Assembly: GCA_003562475.1 (NCBI GenBank) | Contig: PWUU01000039.1 | Location: forward strand, 89-64,088 | Length of the DNA: 64,000 nucleotides | DNA from: Dehalococcoidia bacterium | GTDB lineage: Bacteria > Chloroflexota > Dehalococcoidia > GIF9 > AB-539-J10 | Reading direction: 5' to 3' | Shown here: piece by piece, positions 36,593 to 45,108 of the stretch | Layout: every line of letters begins with the position of its first letter | Numbering within the stretch: position 1 is the stretch's first letter | Notes under the pieces: generated by a model | Told to the model about the DNA's origin: nothing | Database searches by the model: none | What the model saw: only the letters and a program-made list of their open reading frames with translations | Position numbers and translations under genes: made by a program

Positions 36593-37908
36593 GCTTCACC
36601 TCCCCTGGCGGACACCGATACCCCCTCACAGAGGAGCGACGGAGTCCAGAGATTCCCTCCCACCCAGCGAGGATCGTTGCCAACTACCACTGCCCTGCCA
36701 AGCACTTCCAACAGGTTGCCGGCGATCATCGTGTCCTTGACCCTGCCTACTATCTCTCCCTTCTCCACCTTGTAGCCAAGCAGTACGTTGCCACCGAACT
36801 CGCCGGCAAGCAGGTTGCCCTGTCCCGCACCAATGAGTTCATCCACAACGAGTCCCTCTTCAATGCTCGAGAGCATCTCCCCAAACTGTACCTGCCCCGC
36901 CTCGAGCACAAATGCGCTCATTCCCGGACGAACCTGGCTGCGTGCGTCGGCACGGCGACCACTACCGGTGCTCTCGGCACCCGCTTCCGCCGCTGTGTGT
37001 ACATCATACAGAAATCCAGCCACAATGCCTCTTTCGATGAGTGCAACAGCACGAGAAGGTGTTCCCTCTGCATCACACGGCGTACTGGAGGCACGTTCCT
37101 TGATCGTCGCATCGTCACGCAGAGTCAGGCAGGTGTCGAACAGGCACTCGCCTTCACGCCCGGCAAGCCGAGATGTCTTCTCCACGATGTTCTTTCCGTT
37201 GAACGCAACCGCCAAGGGCATCAATAGTGCGGACGCTACGCCGTGCGGTGTGAACAGCACTGGATAGGCACCTGTGCTGAGGACGGCATTGCCCGAAGCT
37301 CGTTCCATCTGGAGCAGCATTGTTCTCGCCACCTCGTCTGCATTGGTGAACAGGTGCGTCGAACTGACACTGTCGCCAACGAACAGCATATCCGTTCCAT
37401 TGATCCGAACACCCTCCATGAAAAGTCCCAGGTTCGTCTTACGGTACCACGTATCCAGGCCCGAACTGTTCAGGATGCGCACGAGCCCCTCGCCCACAGA
37501 GACTACTCCTTCACACTGCAGATTCCTGTCGAAGGCCGTCACCTGTTCGATAATGCCGCTGCCCAGGTCTATGAGTGTATCCGTCTCAATGGCAGCAACC
37601 CGTTCATCGTAGGTCGAAACCTGCGGCAACGTCACGCTTCCCGGGAAGATCCAGTCAGCACCGGTGCCAAACATAGCCGTGTCAACCGCCATTCGCACGA
37701 GACGCGCACGGTCAACAGCGCCTCCCGACGATGCAAATCCTATCCTGCCGTCACGTATCAGGCGGAGCGCCACGCTGCTGCTCTGACGACTCTCCACCTG
37801 CTTGAGCCGATTCGCCTCAAAGTGAACGAGCGTACTCTCGGAGTGCACCTCGTAAATCTCAGCCTGCTGCGACTCTCTGAGTGCGAGCTCGAGGAGTTGC
37901 TCCATCAT
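36589..37908 (-). CDS. pmbA: TldD/PmbA family metalloprotease subunit (PmbA/TldE-like)
   Basis: The ATG at 37908 overlaps the tldD stop (ATGA). The C-terminal region is rich in conserved Gly residues (GRR...G....L..G, GNV, G...G). Confidence 0.8.
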   Translation of the reverse strand: MMEQLLELALRESQQAEIYEVHSESTLVHFEANRLKQVESRQSSSVALRLIRDGRIGFASSGGAVDRARLVRMAVDTAMFGTGADWIFPGSVTLPQVSTYDERVAAIETDTLIDLGSGIIEQVTAFDRNLQCEGVVSVGEGLVRILNSSGLDTWYRKTNLGLFMEGVRINGTDMLFVGDSVSSTHLFTNADEVARTMLLQMERASGNAVLSTGAYPVLFTPHGVASALLMPLAVAFNGKNIVEKTSRLAGREGECLFDTCLTLRDDATIKERASSTPCDAEGTPSRAVALIERGIVAGFLYDVHTAAEAGAESTGSGRRADARSQVRPGMSAFVLEAGQVQFGEMLSSIEEGLVVDELIGAGQGNLLAGEFGGNVLLGYKVEKGEIVGRVKDTMIAGNLLEVLGRAVVVGNDPRWVGGNLWTPSLLCEGVSVSARGGEA

Positions 37909-39263
37909 CTGCCTCCCACGACGCACCGCGCGATACGGATGTGCGGGCTGCCGTTGGAGACCGGCAACGGAGACTGCCCACTCTTGCCACAACCGCCACC
38001 CTGATTCATATTCAAGTCATCGCCGATGGCATCAATCCTCTCCAGCGTCGTGAACACGTTCCCCGTCAGCACCACCGGTCTCAGCATATCAGCCAGGTCT
38101 CCGTTGCGAATCATGTATGCCTCTCCAGCGGAGAAGGTAAACATCTCCAGGCTCGTCTGCCCGCCATACCAGTCCTTGACGTACACGCCCTCCCCGACAT
38201 CGGCGAGCATATCGGACAGTGACACACCACCCGGTTCGATGTAGGTGTTGCTCATACGGACGATTGGGCTATGACGAAAACTGATCGCGCGTGCATTTCC
38301 GGAACCCTTCTCCCCCATTCGCGCCGCGGTCTCCCGGGAATGCAGTCGGCCCTCCAGAACGCCCTCGCGTATGAGATGCGTCTTCTGACCGGGCATCCCC
38401 TCATCATCGTAGGCGTAGCTTCCTCGTAGTGAAGGAAGCGTGGCATCATCGATGATATGGAGATGCCGGCCACCGAATCTCCGTCCCAGCACCATAAGTT
38501 CCCTCATGTGGGGGTTCCGATACACGAGGTCTGCTTCGGACAGGTGTCCGAATGCTTCGTGGGTGAATACACCGGCAAGCACCGGATCGAGCACCACCGT
38601 GTACTCACCACCCTTGAGACTGCCGGCGTCTAATAAGGCTGCCGCCCGCTCCGCCACACCACGAGCTTCTTCATGCAGCGCTGTGATGGAAGCAAAATCT
38701 CCCACAGAACCAACGCTCTCTCCAGCCTGTTGCACCTCGTCTTCTGCCCGAGCCACGGCGGAGAGTCGCAGCGACAGGTCCGGTATCATCTGCTCGATGT
38801 AGCTGCCATCCGATGCCGCATACCGTACCGTGCGTACGGAGTCGCTATAGAGAATATGGGAACTCTGGATGCGCGGACTGGACATAATAATGTCATTGTA
38901 CTCATCAAGGAGCTGTTTCTTCTCCTGTAGCGGCACATCGGCGACGCTGACAGCAGGAAGAGAGGACACGCTGGCCTCAATGGGATCTCGACCGGGCAAC
39001 ACCAGTTGCTCACCACTCGAGTAGCGAGCCTCAATCACCGCCCTGGCAGCGCTGTGTTCCAGGGCATCGATATCACTGAAGCTGGCGAAACCCCAACCCC
39101 CATCTACGAGAGCGCGCACACAGCCGCCGCTGTCGCTCAGAAGGCTGGCCTCCTCAAGCTTTGCGCCGCGATAGACGATGCGAGTGAGGGTCCGCTCTTC
39201 AAAGCGGATTTCGACATGGTCGGCACCATGATTGCGCAGAGCTTCAGATAGACGGTCTCTCAT
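37905..39263 (-). CDS. tldD: TldD family metalloprotease subunit
   Basis: 452 aa from the ATG at 39263. The HExxxH-type motif THEAFGHLSE is present. Also contains ...GNARA.S....P..RM.NT. Confidence 0.85.
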   Translation of the reverse strand: MRDRLSEALRNHGADHVEIRFEERTLTRIVYRGAKLEEASLLSDSGGCVRALVDGGWGFASFSDIDALEHSAARAVIEARYSSGEQLVLPGRDPIEASVSSLPAVSVADVPLQEKKQLLDEYNDIIMSSPRIQSSHILYSDSVRTVRYAASDGSYIEQMIPDLSLRLSAVARAEDEVQQAGESVGSVGDFASITALHEEARGVAERAAALLDAGSLKGGEYTVVLDPVLAGVFTHEAFGHLSEADLVYRNPHMRELMVLGRRFGGRHLHIIDDATLPSLRGSYAYDDEGMPGQKTHLIREGVLEGRLHSRETAARMGEKGSGNARAISFRHSPIVRMSNTYIEPGGVSLSDMLADVGEGVYVKDWYGGQTSLEMFTFSAGEAYMIRNGDLADMLRPVVLTGNVFTTLERIDAIGDDLNMNQGGGCGKSGQSPLPVSNGSPHIRIARCVVGGR

Positions 39264-39492
39264 GGGGATGACGCACCGGGAGTAGCCGCGAATTCGGGAT
39301 TGTACCCTACCGAAAGCACAAGGGGCAAAGAACCTCATCACTTGCAGCGGTCGTGACACCGCGGGACAGAGCTCTCGAGGGAAGCTCATTGCCCATGGAG
39401 CATACCTTTGTACCGTGCAGCCATGACCATCTGGTGATGGACAGGCGCGTGCAATAGAGCTAAAGTCAGTTGGCATAACGTGTAGTGAGGAA

Positions 39493-39711
39493 ATGACAAG
39501 ACAGCAGTTCGTTCATCAGAATACGCCAGAACTCCTGACCACAGCTCAGGCAGCCCAGTTGCTCAACGTCCACCCGAACACGGTACGCAACTGGGCTGAC
39601 GCCGCGCTGCTGCCCTCTTACCGGATCGGGCCGCGGCGCGATCGCAGGTTTCGACGGGATGATGTCGAGGCGCTCCTTACGGACGACAAGGGAATCCCGA
39701 AGAAACTATGA
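39493..39711 (+). CDS. excisionase-family (MerR-like) helix-turn-helix DNA-binding protein
   Basis: LLTTAQAAQLLNVHPNTVRNWADAALLPSYRIGPRRDRRFRRDDVEALL matches the HTH_17/excisionase pattern. Confidence 0.7.
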   Translation: MTRQQFVHQNTPELLTTAQAAQLLNVHPNTVRNWADAALLPSYRIGPRRDRRFRRDDVEALLTDDKGIPKKL

Positions 39712-39865
39712 GGTAAATCTCCTCTGCCCTCGCCTCACACGTGCAGGTCGCTGGGCTTGGGGCACCCGTTGGGGTATACTACCCGTGGGTGAGCGGATGA
39801 ATCGGGTCGGCATTTGCTGCACTTCCAGGCTATGTCCCAACGACACTGACAAGGAGGACGTGTGG

Positions 39866-40123
39866 ATGAGGTCAAGTCTGATCGGCAAGATTGAGAAAGC
39901 CAGACGATACGCGAAAGAACCAGGCCGTGTGACGTTGAGTAGTCTCACGGCCGATTTTCATGGGGAGAACGCCGACCACAAGGTGAGCTACGCGGACGGC
40001 CAGTGGACCTGCACCTGCAGTTTCTTCAGCCAGTGGGAGACGTGCAGCCACGTAATGGCACTACAGGAAATGTTTCGAGGCGAACTCCCGACGGAAGCCC
40101 TGGAGTCCTTTCCCGACGAGTAG
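39866..40123 (+). CDS. small SWIM-type zinc-finger protein (85 aa)
   Basis: ATG at 39866 lies 8 nt after AAGGAGGA. The C-x-C-x10-C-x-H motif is CTCSFFSQWETCSH. Confidence 0.55.
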   Translation: MRSSLIGKIEKARRYAKEPGRVTLSSLTADFHGENADHKVSYADGQWTCTCSFFSQWETCSHVMALQEMFRGELPTEALESFPDE

Positions 40124-40131
40124 CGACCGGA

Positions 40132-41574
40132 TTATCGGACCTTCTTGAGGGTCATGGCGTCTGGGCTGGAAGCCCAGCGTATCCCTGCTGTGGGATCGTT
40201 CTGCCACCACCTCAGTATCTCCGCGAGGAGATACAGCGAACCAGCCACACACACATTGCCGCCCTCTCCAGCGATACCGCGTGCACGCTGTAGTGCTGCC
40301 AGCGGTTCCCTCTCAGAGACCACCTCCAATCCAAGGTCGTTGATCCTTGCCGCGATTTCGTGCGGTTCCAGAGCCCGGGGTTGCTGCGACCGGGTCAGCA
40401 CAATCCTGACGCCAAGAGGAATCAGCTCCGTTACTGTCCCCCTGACATCCTTGTCGTTCGAGAAGCCGAGCACAAACACCGGTTGTCTGCTCACTCCGAG
40501 GACCACCAGGCTCTCTGCCAACCGTCGCATCGAGGCTGGATTATGTGCACCATCGAGCACGAGCAGTGGATTGCGGGCCAGCACCTGAAATCTGCCGGAC
40601 CACTGTGCAGTAGCCAGCCCTCGCGCAATACACTCGTCATCCAGCGCAACACCTCGACATCGCAGCGCGTCAAGCGCCGCCACCGCGGTCACCGCGTTCT
40701 CCGCCTGAAACGTGCCGCTCAGTGATATGCGAATCAGGCGTTCTCCACTCGCACCTCTGATGCTCAGCAATTGCCCATCCAGAGATCCCTCCCTTATGTT
40801 AAACGTGATCTCTCTTCCGACCCGCACAGGAGTCACACCGGAGGCGGCGCACCTGGCCTCAATGACCGCCATGACTCCAGCCGACTGCGGCGCACACACA
40901 ACTGCCGCACCAGGCTTGATGATGCCCGCTTTCTCGGTGGCAATCTCCTCAAGTGTTTCTCCCAACACTGCTGTGTGCTCCAGACTGATCGGTGCGATGA
41001 CACACACGTCCGGCCGGACGACATTTGTGGCGTCGAGCCTGCCTCCCAGTCCCACCTCCACCACCTGTGCCACTACGCCACAAGATCGGAAATGAAGGAC
41101 CGCGAGAACCGATATCAACTCGAAATAGGTGAACCGCCGCCAATGGCCTTCGGCAAGCATTGCGTCCACACACGGCTGCATCGTAGCCAGCGCGCTGTCG
41201 AGTTGCTCCGGCGAGACACACACTCCATCCACTCTGATTCGTTCACCAAGGTGAATCAGGTGTGGCGATGTGAAGAGGCCGGTCTTCAGTCCACACGCCG
41301 TCAGCGCATTTGCGATCAGCGCCGAGATACTACCTTTGCCCTTGCTGCCTGCCACATGGATGGTTTCGATGCCGAGGTGTGGATCACCGAGGCGGCGCAG
41401 CAATTCACGCACGTGGCCGAGATCGTAGTCATCCGCAGCGAAGCCAAAACCGGGAATCACTTCGTAGTTCACGAAGGAGTCGAGATACCGCTCGATATTC
41501 GAGAAGTCCACGATCAGCCTCAAGTGCCGGCCACGTTTCAGTGGCCCAATCCTTGCAGCATGGCCCCGCGACAC
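40132..41574 (-). CDS. folC: bifunctional folylpolyglutamate synthase / dihydrofolate synthase
   Basis: Mur-ligase motifs HVAGSKGKGS and GLFTSPHL are present, with a C-terminal Mur ligase domain. The GTG start is uncertain. Confidence 0.85.
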   Translation of the reverse strand: MSRGHAARIGPLKRGRHLRLIVDFSNIERYLDSFVNYEVIPGFGFAADDYDLGHVRELLRRLGDPHLGIETIHVAGSKGKGSISALIANALTACGLKTGLFTSPHLIHLGERIRVDGVCVSPEQLDSALATMQPCVDAMLAEGHWRRFTYFELISVLAVLHFRSCGVVAQVVEVGLGGRLDATNVVRPDVCVIAPISLEHTAVLGETLEEIATEKAGIIKPGAAVVCAPQSAGVMAVIEARCAASGVTPVRVGREITFNIREGSLDGQLLSIRGASGERLIRISLSGTFQAENAVTAVAALDALRCRGVALDDECIARGLATAQWSGRFQVLARNPLLVLDGAHNPASMRRLAESLVVLGVSRQPVFVLGFSNDKDVRGTVTELIPLGVRIVLTRSQQPRALEPHEIAARINDLGLEVVSEREPLAALQRARGIAGEGGNVCVAGSLYLLAEILRWWQNDPTAGIRWASSPDAMTLKKVR

Positions 41575-41609
41575 CTACAATACCACAGCACGTGGTCCGG
41601 AGGGATACT

Positions 41610-42050
41610 GTGAACCAGCAGCAGGTGTACTACGAAGACGTGGCCGAGGGACAGGAGATTCCCGCACTGCGGAAGCATCCTACCCGCCGCCAGCTCGTCA
41701 TGTGGGCCGGCGCATCCGAGGACTACTACGAGATTCACTACGACACTGAATTCGCCAGGAAGAACAGGCTCACCGATGTGGTGGTTCATGGCCGCCTGAA
41801 AGCAGCGTTCCTCGGGCAGATGCTCACGAAATGGATAGGACCGGAAGGCATGCTTAAGAGAATGAGTTGCCGCTATAAGGGTACCGATTCTGCGAACGAG
41901 GACATGCTGCTTCGTGCCAGGATTGCCGGGAAGCGGATCGACGGGGAAGACCACCTGGTAGACCTCGATATCTGGAGCGAACGGGCGGATGGAACCGTGA
42001 CGACACAGGGAACCGCAACCGTTGTCCTGCCGGCAAGAGCGTCGCGGTAG
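41610..42050 (+). CDS. MaoC-like (R)-hydratase hot-dog domain protein
   Basis: GTG at 41610 lies after GGAGGG. Contains YYEIHYD.EFA and VVHG. 146 aa. Confidence 0.7.
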   Translation: MNQQQVYYEDVAEGQEIPALRKHPTRRQLVMWAGASEDYYEIHYDTEFARKNRLTDVVVHGRLKAAFLGQMLTKWIGPEGMLKRMSCRYKGTDSANEDMLLRARIAGKRIDGEDHLVDLDIWSERADGTVTTQGTATVVLPARASR

Positions 42051-42089
42051 CGCCGTCGGCAAGAGCATTACCCGAAGGAGGACGGGGCA

Positions 42090-42575
42090 ATGAGCGAAAG
42101 GCCACTCACATTTGAGGAGATGCAGCAGTACGTGGGTACCGAGGCCAGGCCGCATGTGCTGCAGGTGGAGAAAGAGCTTGTGCGACGGTTCCTCGAAGCC
42201 GTGCAGGATTCCAATCCCCTGTGGTGTGATGACACGTTCGCCCGTGGCACACAGTACGGCGGCCCCATCGTGCCTCCGCACCTGTTTTGCGCCATGATGA
42301 CTATTGCGAGGTGTAGCCCTGAATCTGGCAAGGTTCCAATCCCTGTTCCCGAGACGCCCCTGCCCCGGGAAAATGTGCTCGAGGGGGAGGAGACCTGGGA
42401 GTTCTTCTCCCCTCTGCATATCGGTGACACCATCACTTCTCGTGTCCGCCTCTCGGATGTCAAGCTTCGCGAGGGCCGCCTGGGACAGATGTTCATTCTT
42501 ACGTACGAGGCAGAGACAGTGAACCAGCGGGAGGAGCTCATTGCCAGGAGCACGAATACCATCGTCAACTACTAG
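42090..42575 (+). CDS. MaoC-family dehydratase N-terminal-type hot-dog protein
   Basis: 161 aa. The E.ELVRRFLEAVQDSNPLW pattern is typical of MaoC_dehydrat_N / FAS1-DH-like domains. Family call made by eye. Confidence 0.7.
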   Translation: MSERPLTFEEMQQYVGTEARPHVLQVEKELVRRFLEAVQDSNPLWCDDTFARGTQYGGPIVPPHLFCAMMTIARCSPESGKVPIPVPETPLPRENVLEGEETWEFFSPLHIGDTITSRVRLSDVKLREGRLGQMFILTYEAETVNQREELIARSTNTIVNY

Positions 42576-42593
42576 GTGAGGACTTCTCAGAGC

Positions 42594-43394
42594 ATGGGAT
42601 TCATGCAGAAGCTACAAGAGGCGATTGCCGGCAATAACAGCCTGCTATGCATCGGTCTCGACCCCGATCCCGAACGCGTCCCCAGAGGGCTCTCCATCGC
42701 CCGGTTCAATCGAGCAATCGTTGAGGCTACCAGCGACCTTGTGTGCGCGTACAAGCCCAATCTTGCATTCTACGAGACACACGGGGTAGAGGGATTGCGT
42801 GCCCTCGAGGAGACAGTCGCGTCCATCCCCCCTGAAATTCCCATCATTGGCGATGCGAAACGCGGGGATATCGGGAGTACAGCGCGACACTATGCCAGGG
42901 CAATGTTCGTATCCTTCGGCTTCGATGCCACCACGTTAAGTCCCTATCTCGGCTTCGACTCTATCGAACCCTTCATCGCCTACGCGGACAGGGGAGTATT
43001 CCTGTTGTGCCGCACATCGAACCCAAGCGCGAAGGACTTCCAGGACCTGACGCTCGACGGGCACTGCCTTTACGAACACGTGGCCATGAAAGCGACCGAG
43101 TGGAACACCCACGGTAATATCGGCCTGGTTGTGGGCGCCACGTACCCCCGGGAGTTGGCCCATATCCGTCAGCTATGCCCCACGATGTGCCTGCTCGTGC
43201 CCGGAGTCGGCTCTCAAGGAGGTGATATCGAGGCCGCCGTACGATGCGGCACAGACGCATCGGGCGCGAACGCGATCATCAACGTTTCCCGAGCCGTCCT
43301 CTTTGCCTCGTCAGAGTCAGACTTCGCGCAGGCGGCTCGAATGAGTGCCCTGAACCTGCGCGACGAGATGAACCGTCACAGGGTTTCCCGGTGA
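42594..43394 (+). CDS. pyrF: orotidine 5'-phosphate decarboxylase (type 2)
   Basis: Contains [14 protein letters not shown] and [12 protein letters not shown]. An alternative GTG start lies at 42576. Confidence 0.85.
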   Translation: MGFMQKLQEAIAGNNSLLCIGLDPDPERVPRGLSIARFNRAIVEATSDLVCAYKPNLAFYETHGVEGLRALEETVASIPPEIPIIGDAKRGDIGSTARHYARAMFVSFGFDATTLSPYLGFDSIEPFIAYADRGVFLLCRTSNPSAKDFQDLTLDGHCLYEHVAMKATEWNTHGNIGLVVGATYPRELAHIRQLCPTMCLLVPGVGSQGGDIEAAVRCGTDASGANAIINVSRAVLFASSESDFAQAARMSALNLRDEMNRHRVSR

Positions 43395-43399
43395 ACAGG

Positions 43400-43615
43400 A
43401 TGTCGAACAGCCGCTCTCAGGGTGATACGGATATCGTTACCGGCGACGTCGTCATGCTACGAAAGCCGCATCCGTGTGGCAACTCAAGCTGGGAGGTAAC
43501 CCGTGCCGGGGCCGACGTCGGACTGAAATGCTGCGGCTGCGGTCGCGTTGTCCTGCTGCCCCGCCACGAGTTTCGCGCCAGGTTTCGTCGTCTCATTCAC
43601 ACTGCCGGGCAGTGA
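43400..43615 (+). CDS. DUF951 family protein
   Basis: 71 aa. [12 protein letters not shown]...[15 protein letters not shown]...L.R..F is the DUF951 pattern. Confidence 0.7.
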   Translation: MSNSRSQGDTDIVTGDVVMLRKPHPCGNSSWEVTRAGADVGLKCCGCGRVVLLPRHEFRARFRRLIHTAGQ

Positions 43616-43678
43616 CACACCGCAACGCACTATCGGCGTTATGTTGCACAGAAGTATTGCTCTCCCTACAATCTCTCC

Positions 43679-44866
43679 ATGGCCCGCTGTATCTTCCATG
43701 TGGACCTTGATGCATTCTTCGTAGCCGTGGAGCAACTGCACAACCCGTCGCTGCGAGGAAAGCCGGTGGTCGTCGGAGGAAATCCGGGCTCGCGAGGAGT
43801 GGTATCGGCAGCATCTTATGAGGCTCGACGCTATGGTGTACACTCGGCGATGCCGCTCATGCAGGCACAACGACTCTGCCCCCAAGCCTTCTTCGTCCCG
43901 TTGCACTTCTCGCGTTACGCCGAGGCCTCACGACAGTTCATGTCGCTGCTGGAGAGCATGTCCCCACTCATTGAAACCCTCGGCCTTGATGAGGCGTTCC
44001 TTGACATGAGCACCATTCTCAGGGATTTCGAACAGGCACGTTCACACGCCATGATACTCAAGCACCGCGTGCGCCAGGAACTGGGACTGACCGTCTCGGT
44101 CGGAGTGGCCACATGCAAGACCGTCGCCAAGGTCGCCTCGGACCATGGTAAGCCCGATGGCCTCGTGCTCGTGCCACCGGGAGAAGAGAGGAGTTTCCTG
44201 GCGCCACTCGACGTCCGGAGGCTGCCAGGTGTGGGCAAGAAGACAGCTGAATGCCTGTATGAGTTGGGTGTCCGGACCATAGAAGATCTTTCCATTCTTT
44301 CCGAAGAAGTGCTCCGTCTGAAGATCGGCAAGTATGGCGATACCCTGCTGCGTCATGCGAGAGGCATCGACACCAGTCCAGTCGAGCCCCACGGGGAACC
44401 GAAGTCCATTAGCCGCGAGACAACTTTTCAGGCCGACCTCGTCGACTCTGCCTTCCTTCAGAGTTCGCTGCATGCGATGTGCCGGGAGGTAGCGCAGGAT
44501 CTCCGGGACCACCGCAGACGGGCGGGAGCTGTAGCGCTCAAGCTTCGTTACGAGGATTTCCAGACGGTCACGAGGCAGACCTCTCTACGAGAACACACGA
44601 GCGAAGCCGCAGTGATCTTCACTGCGGCCGGGGCGCTCCTCAGAACAGTCCTCTTGAGCGAGCGACGACGCGTCCGCCTCATTGGAGTCAAGGCACTCCG
44701 ATTGTCCGGGCCCGAACGCCAGCTTGATATGTTCTCGCGAGATGCAGAAAAGCTCCAGAATTTCGAACAGGCAGTTACGGAGCTCCGCAGCCGGTACGGA
44801 CCAGAATCCATCCGCACGCTCCGCAACCTTCAGGATAGAAGCGATCTTTTTCCGCGTAGCACTTGA
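43679..44866 (+). CDS. dinB: DNA polymerase IV
   Basis: Contains HVDLDAFFVAVE, PVVVGG and S.SYEAR..GV. The little-finger domain is present. Confidence 0.9.
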   Translation: MARCIFHVDLDAFFVAVEQLHNPSLRGKPVVVGGNPGSRGVVSAASYEARRYGVHSAMPLMQAQRLCPQAFFVPLHFSRYAEASRQFMSLLESMSPLIETLGLDEAFLDMSTILRDFEQARSHAMILKHRVRQELGLTVSVGVATCKTVAKVASDHGKPDGLVLVPPGEERSFLAPLDVRRLPGVGKKTAECLYELGVRTIEDLSILSEEVLRLKIGKYGDTLLRHARGIDTSPVEPHGEPKSISRETTFQADLVDSAFLQSSLHAMCREVAQDLRDHRRRAGAVALKLRYEDFQTVTRQTSLREHTSEAAVIFTAAGALLRTVLLSERRRVRLIGVKALRLSGPERQLDMFSRDAEKLQNFEQAVTELRSRYGPESIRTLRNLQDRSDLFPRST

Positions 44867-44892
44867 CAGACATCACAACAAGCCTCTATCAT
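44863..44892 (+). promoter_or_regulatory. putative sigma70-type promoter of the ilv-leu operon (TTGACA - 18 nt - TATCAT)
   Basis: The -35 hexamer at 44863-44868 overlaps the dinB TGA. The -10 hexamer is at 44887-44892. Confidence 0.4.
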
Positions 44893-44908
44893 TCTTGACC
44901 AACACGTC

Positions 44909-45004
44909 ATGGACACACCGGCAAGAATAACCTCCCTTGGCCTCATCCTTAGCATCACTATTATCGTGCGCACCATGCGTGCGCCTGGGAGGCTGGCCGG
45001 CTAG
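44909..45004 (+). CDS. ilv-leu operon leader peptide (31 aa, Ile/Leu/Val-rich)
   Basis: Translates to MDTPARITSLGLILSITIIVRTMRAPGRLAG. Nine of the 14 codons at positions 7-20 are I/L/V. It is followed by a hairpin and a terminator, and it is homologous to the leader at 52891-52992. No obvious SD sequence. Confidence 0.55.
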   Translation: MDTPARITSLGLILSITIIVRTMRAPGRLAG

Positions 45005-45029
45005 TCCACACTGTTAGATAACGACAAGC

Positions 45030-45067
45030 AAAGGGGCTCTCCCAGGCGGAGAGCCCCTTTCTTTTAT
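45030..45067 (+). terminator. intrinsic terminator (attenuator) upstream of ilvB
   Basis: AAAGGGGCTCTCC-CAGGC-GGAGAGCCCCTTT, a 13-bp stem followed by CTTTTAT. It ends about 40 nt before the ilvB ATG. Confidence 0.7.
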
Positions 45068-45108
45068 CCGCGCTGCTGACAGCGCAACACCGAGAGGAAA
45101 GGAGCAGC

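Noticed and set aside
39493-39711. The excisionase-family HTH, considered as evidence of a prophage or integrative element.
   Set aside because: No integrase, att repeats, phage structural genes or compositional shift were found around it. The flanking genes are core genes (tldD, folC).
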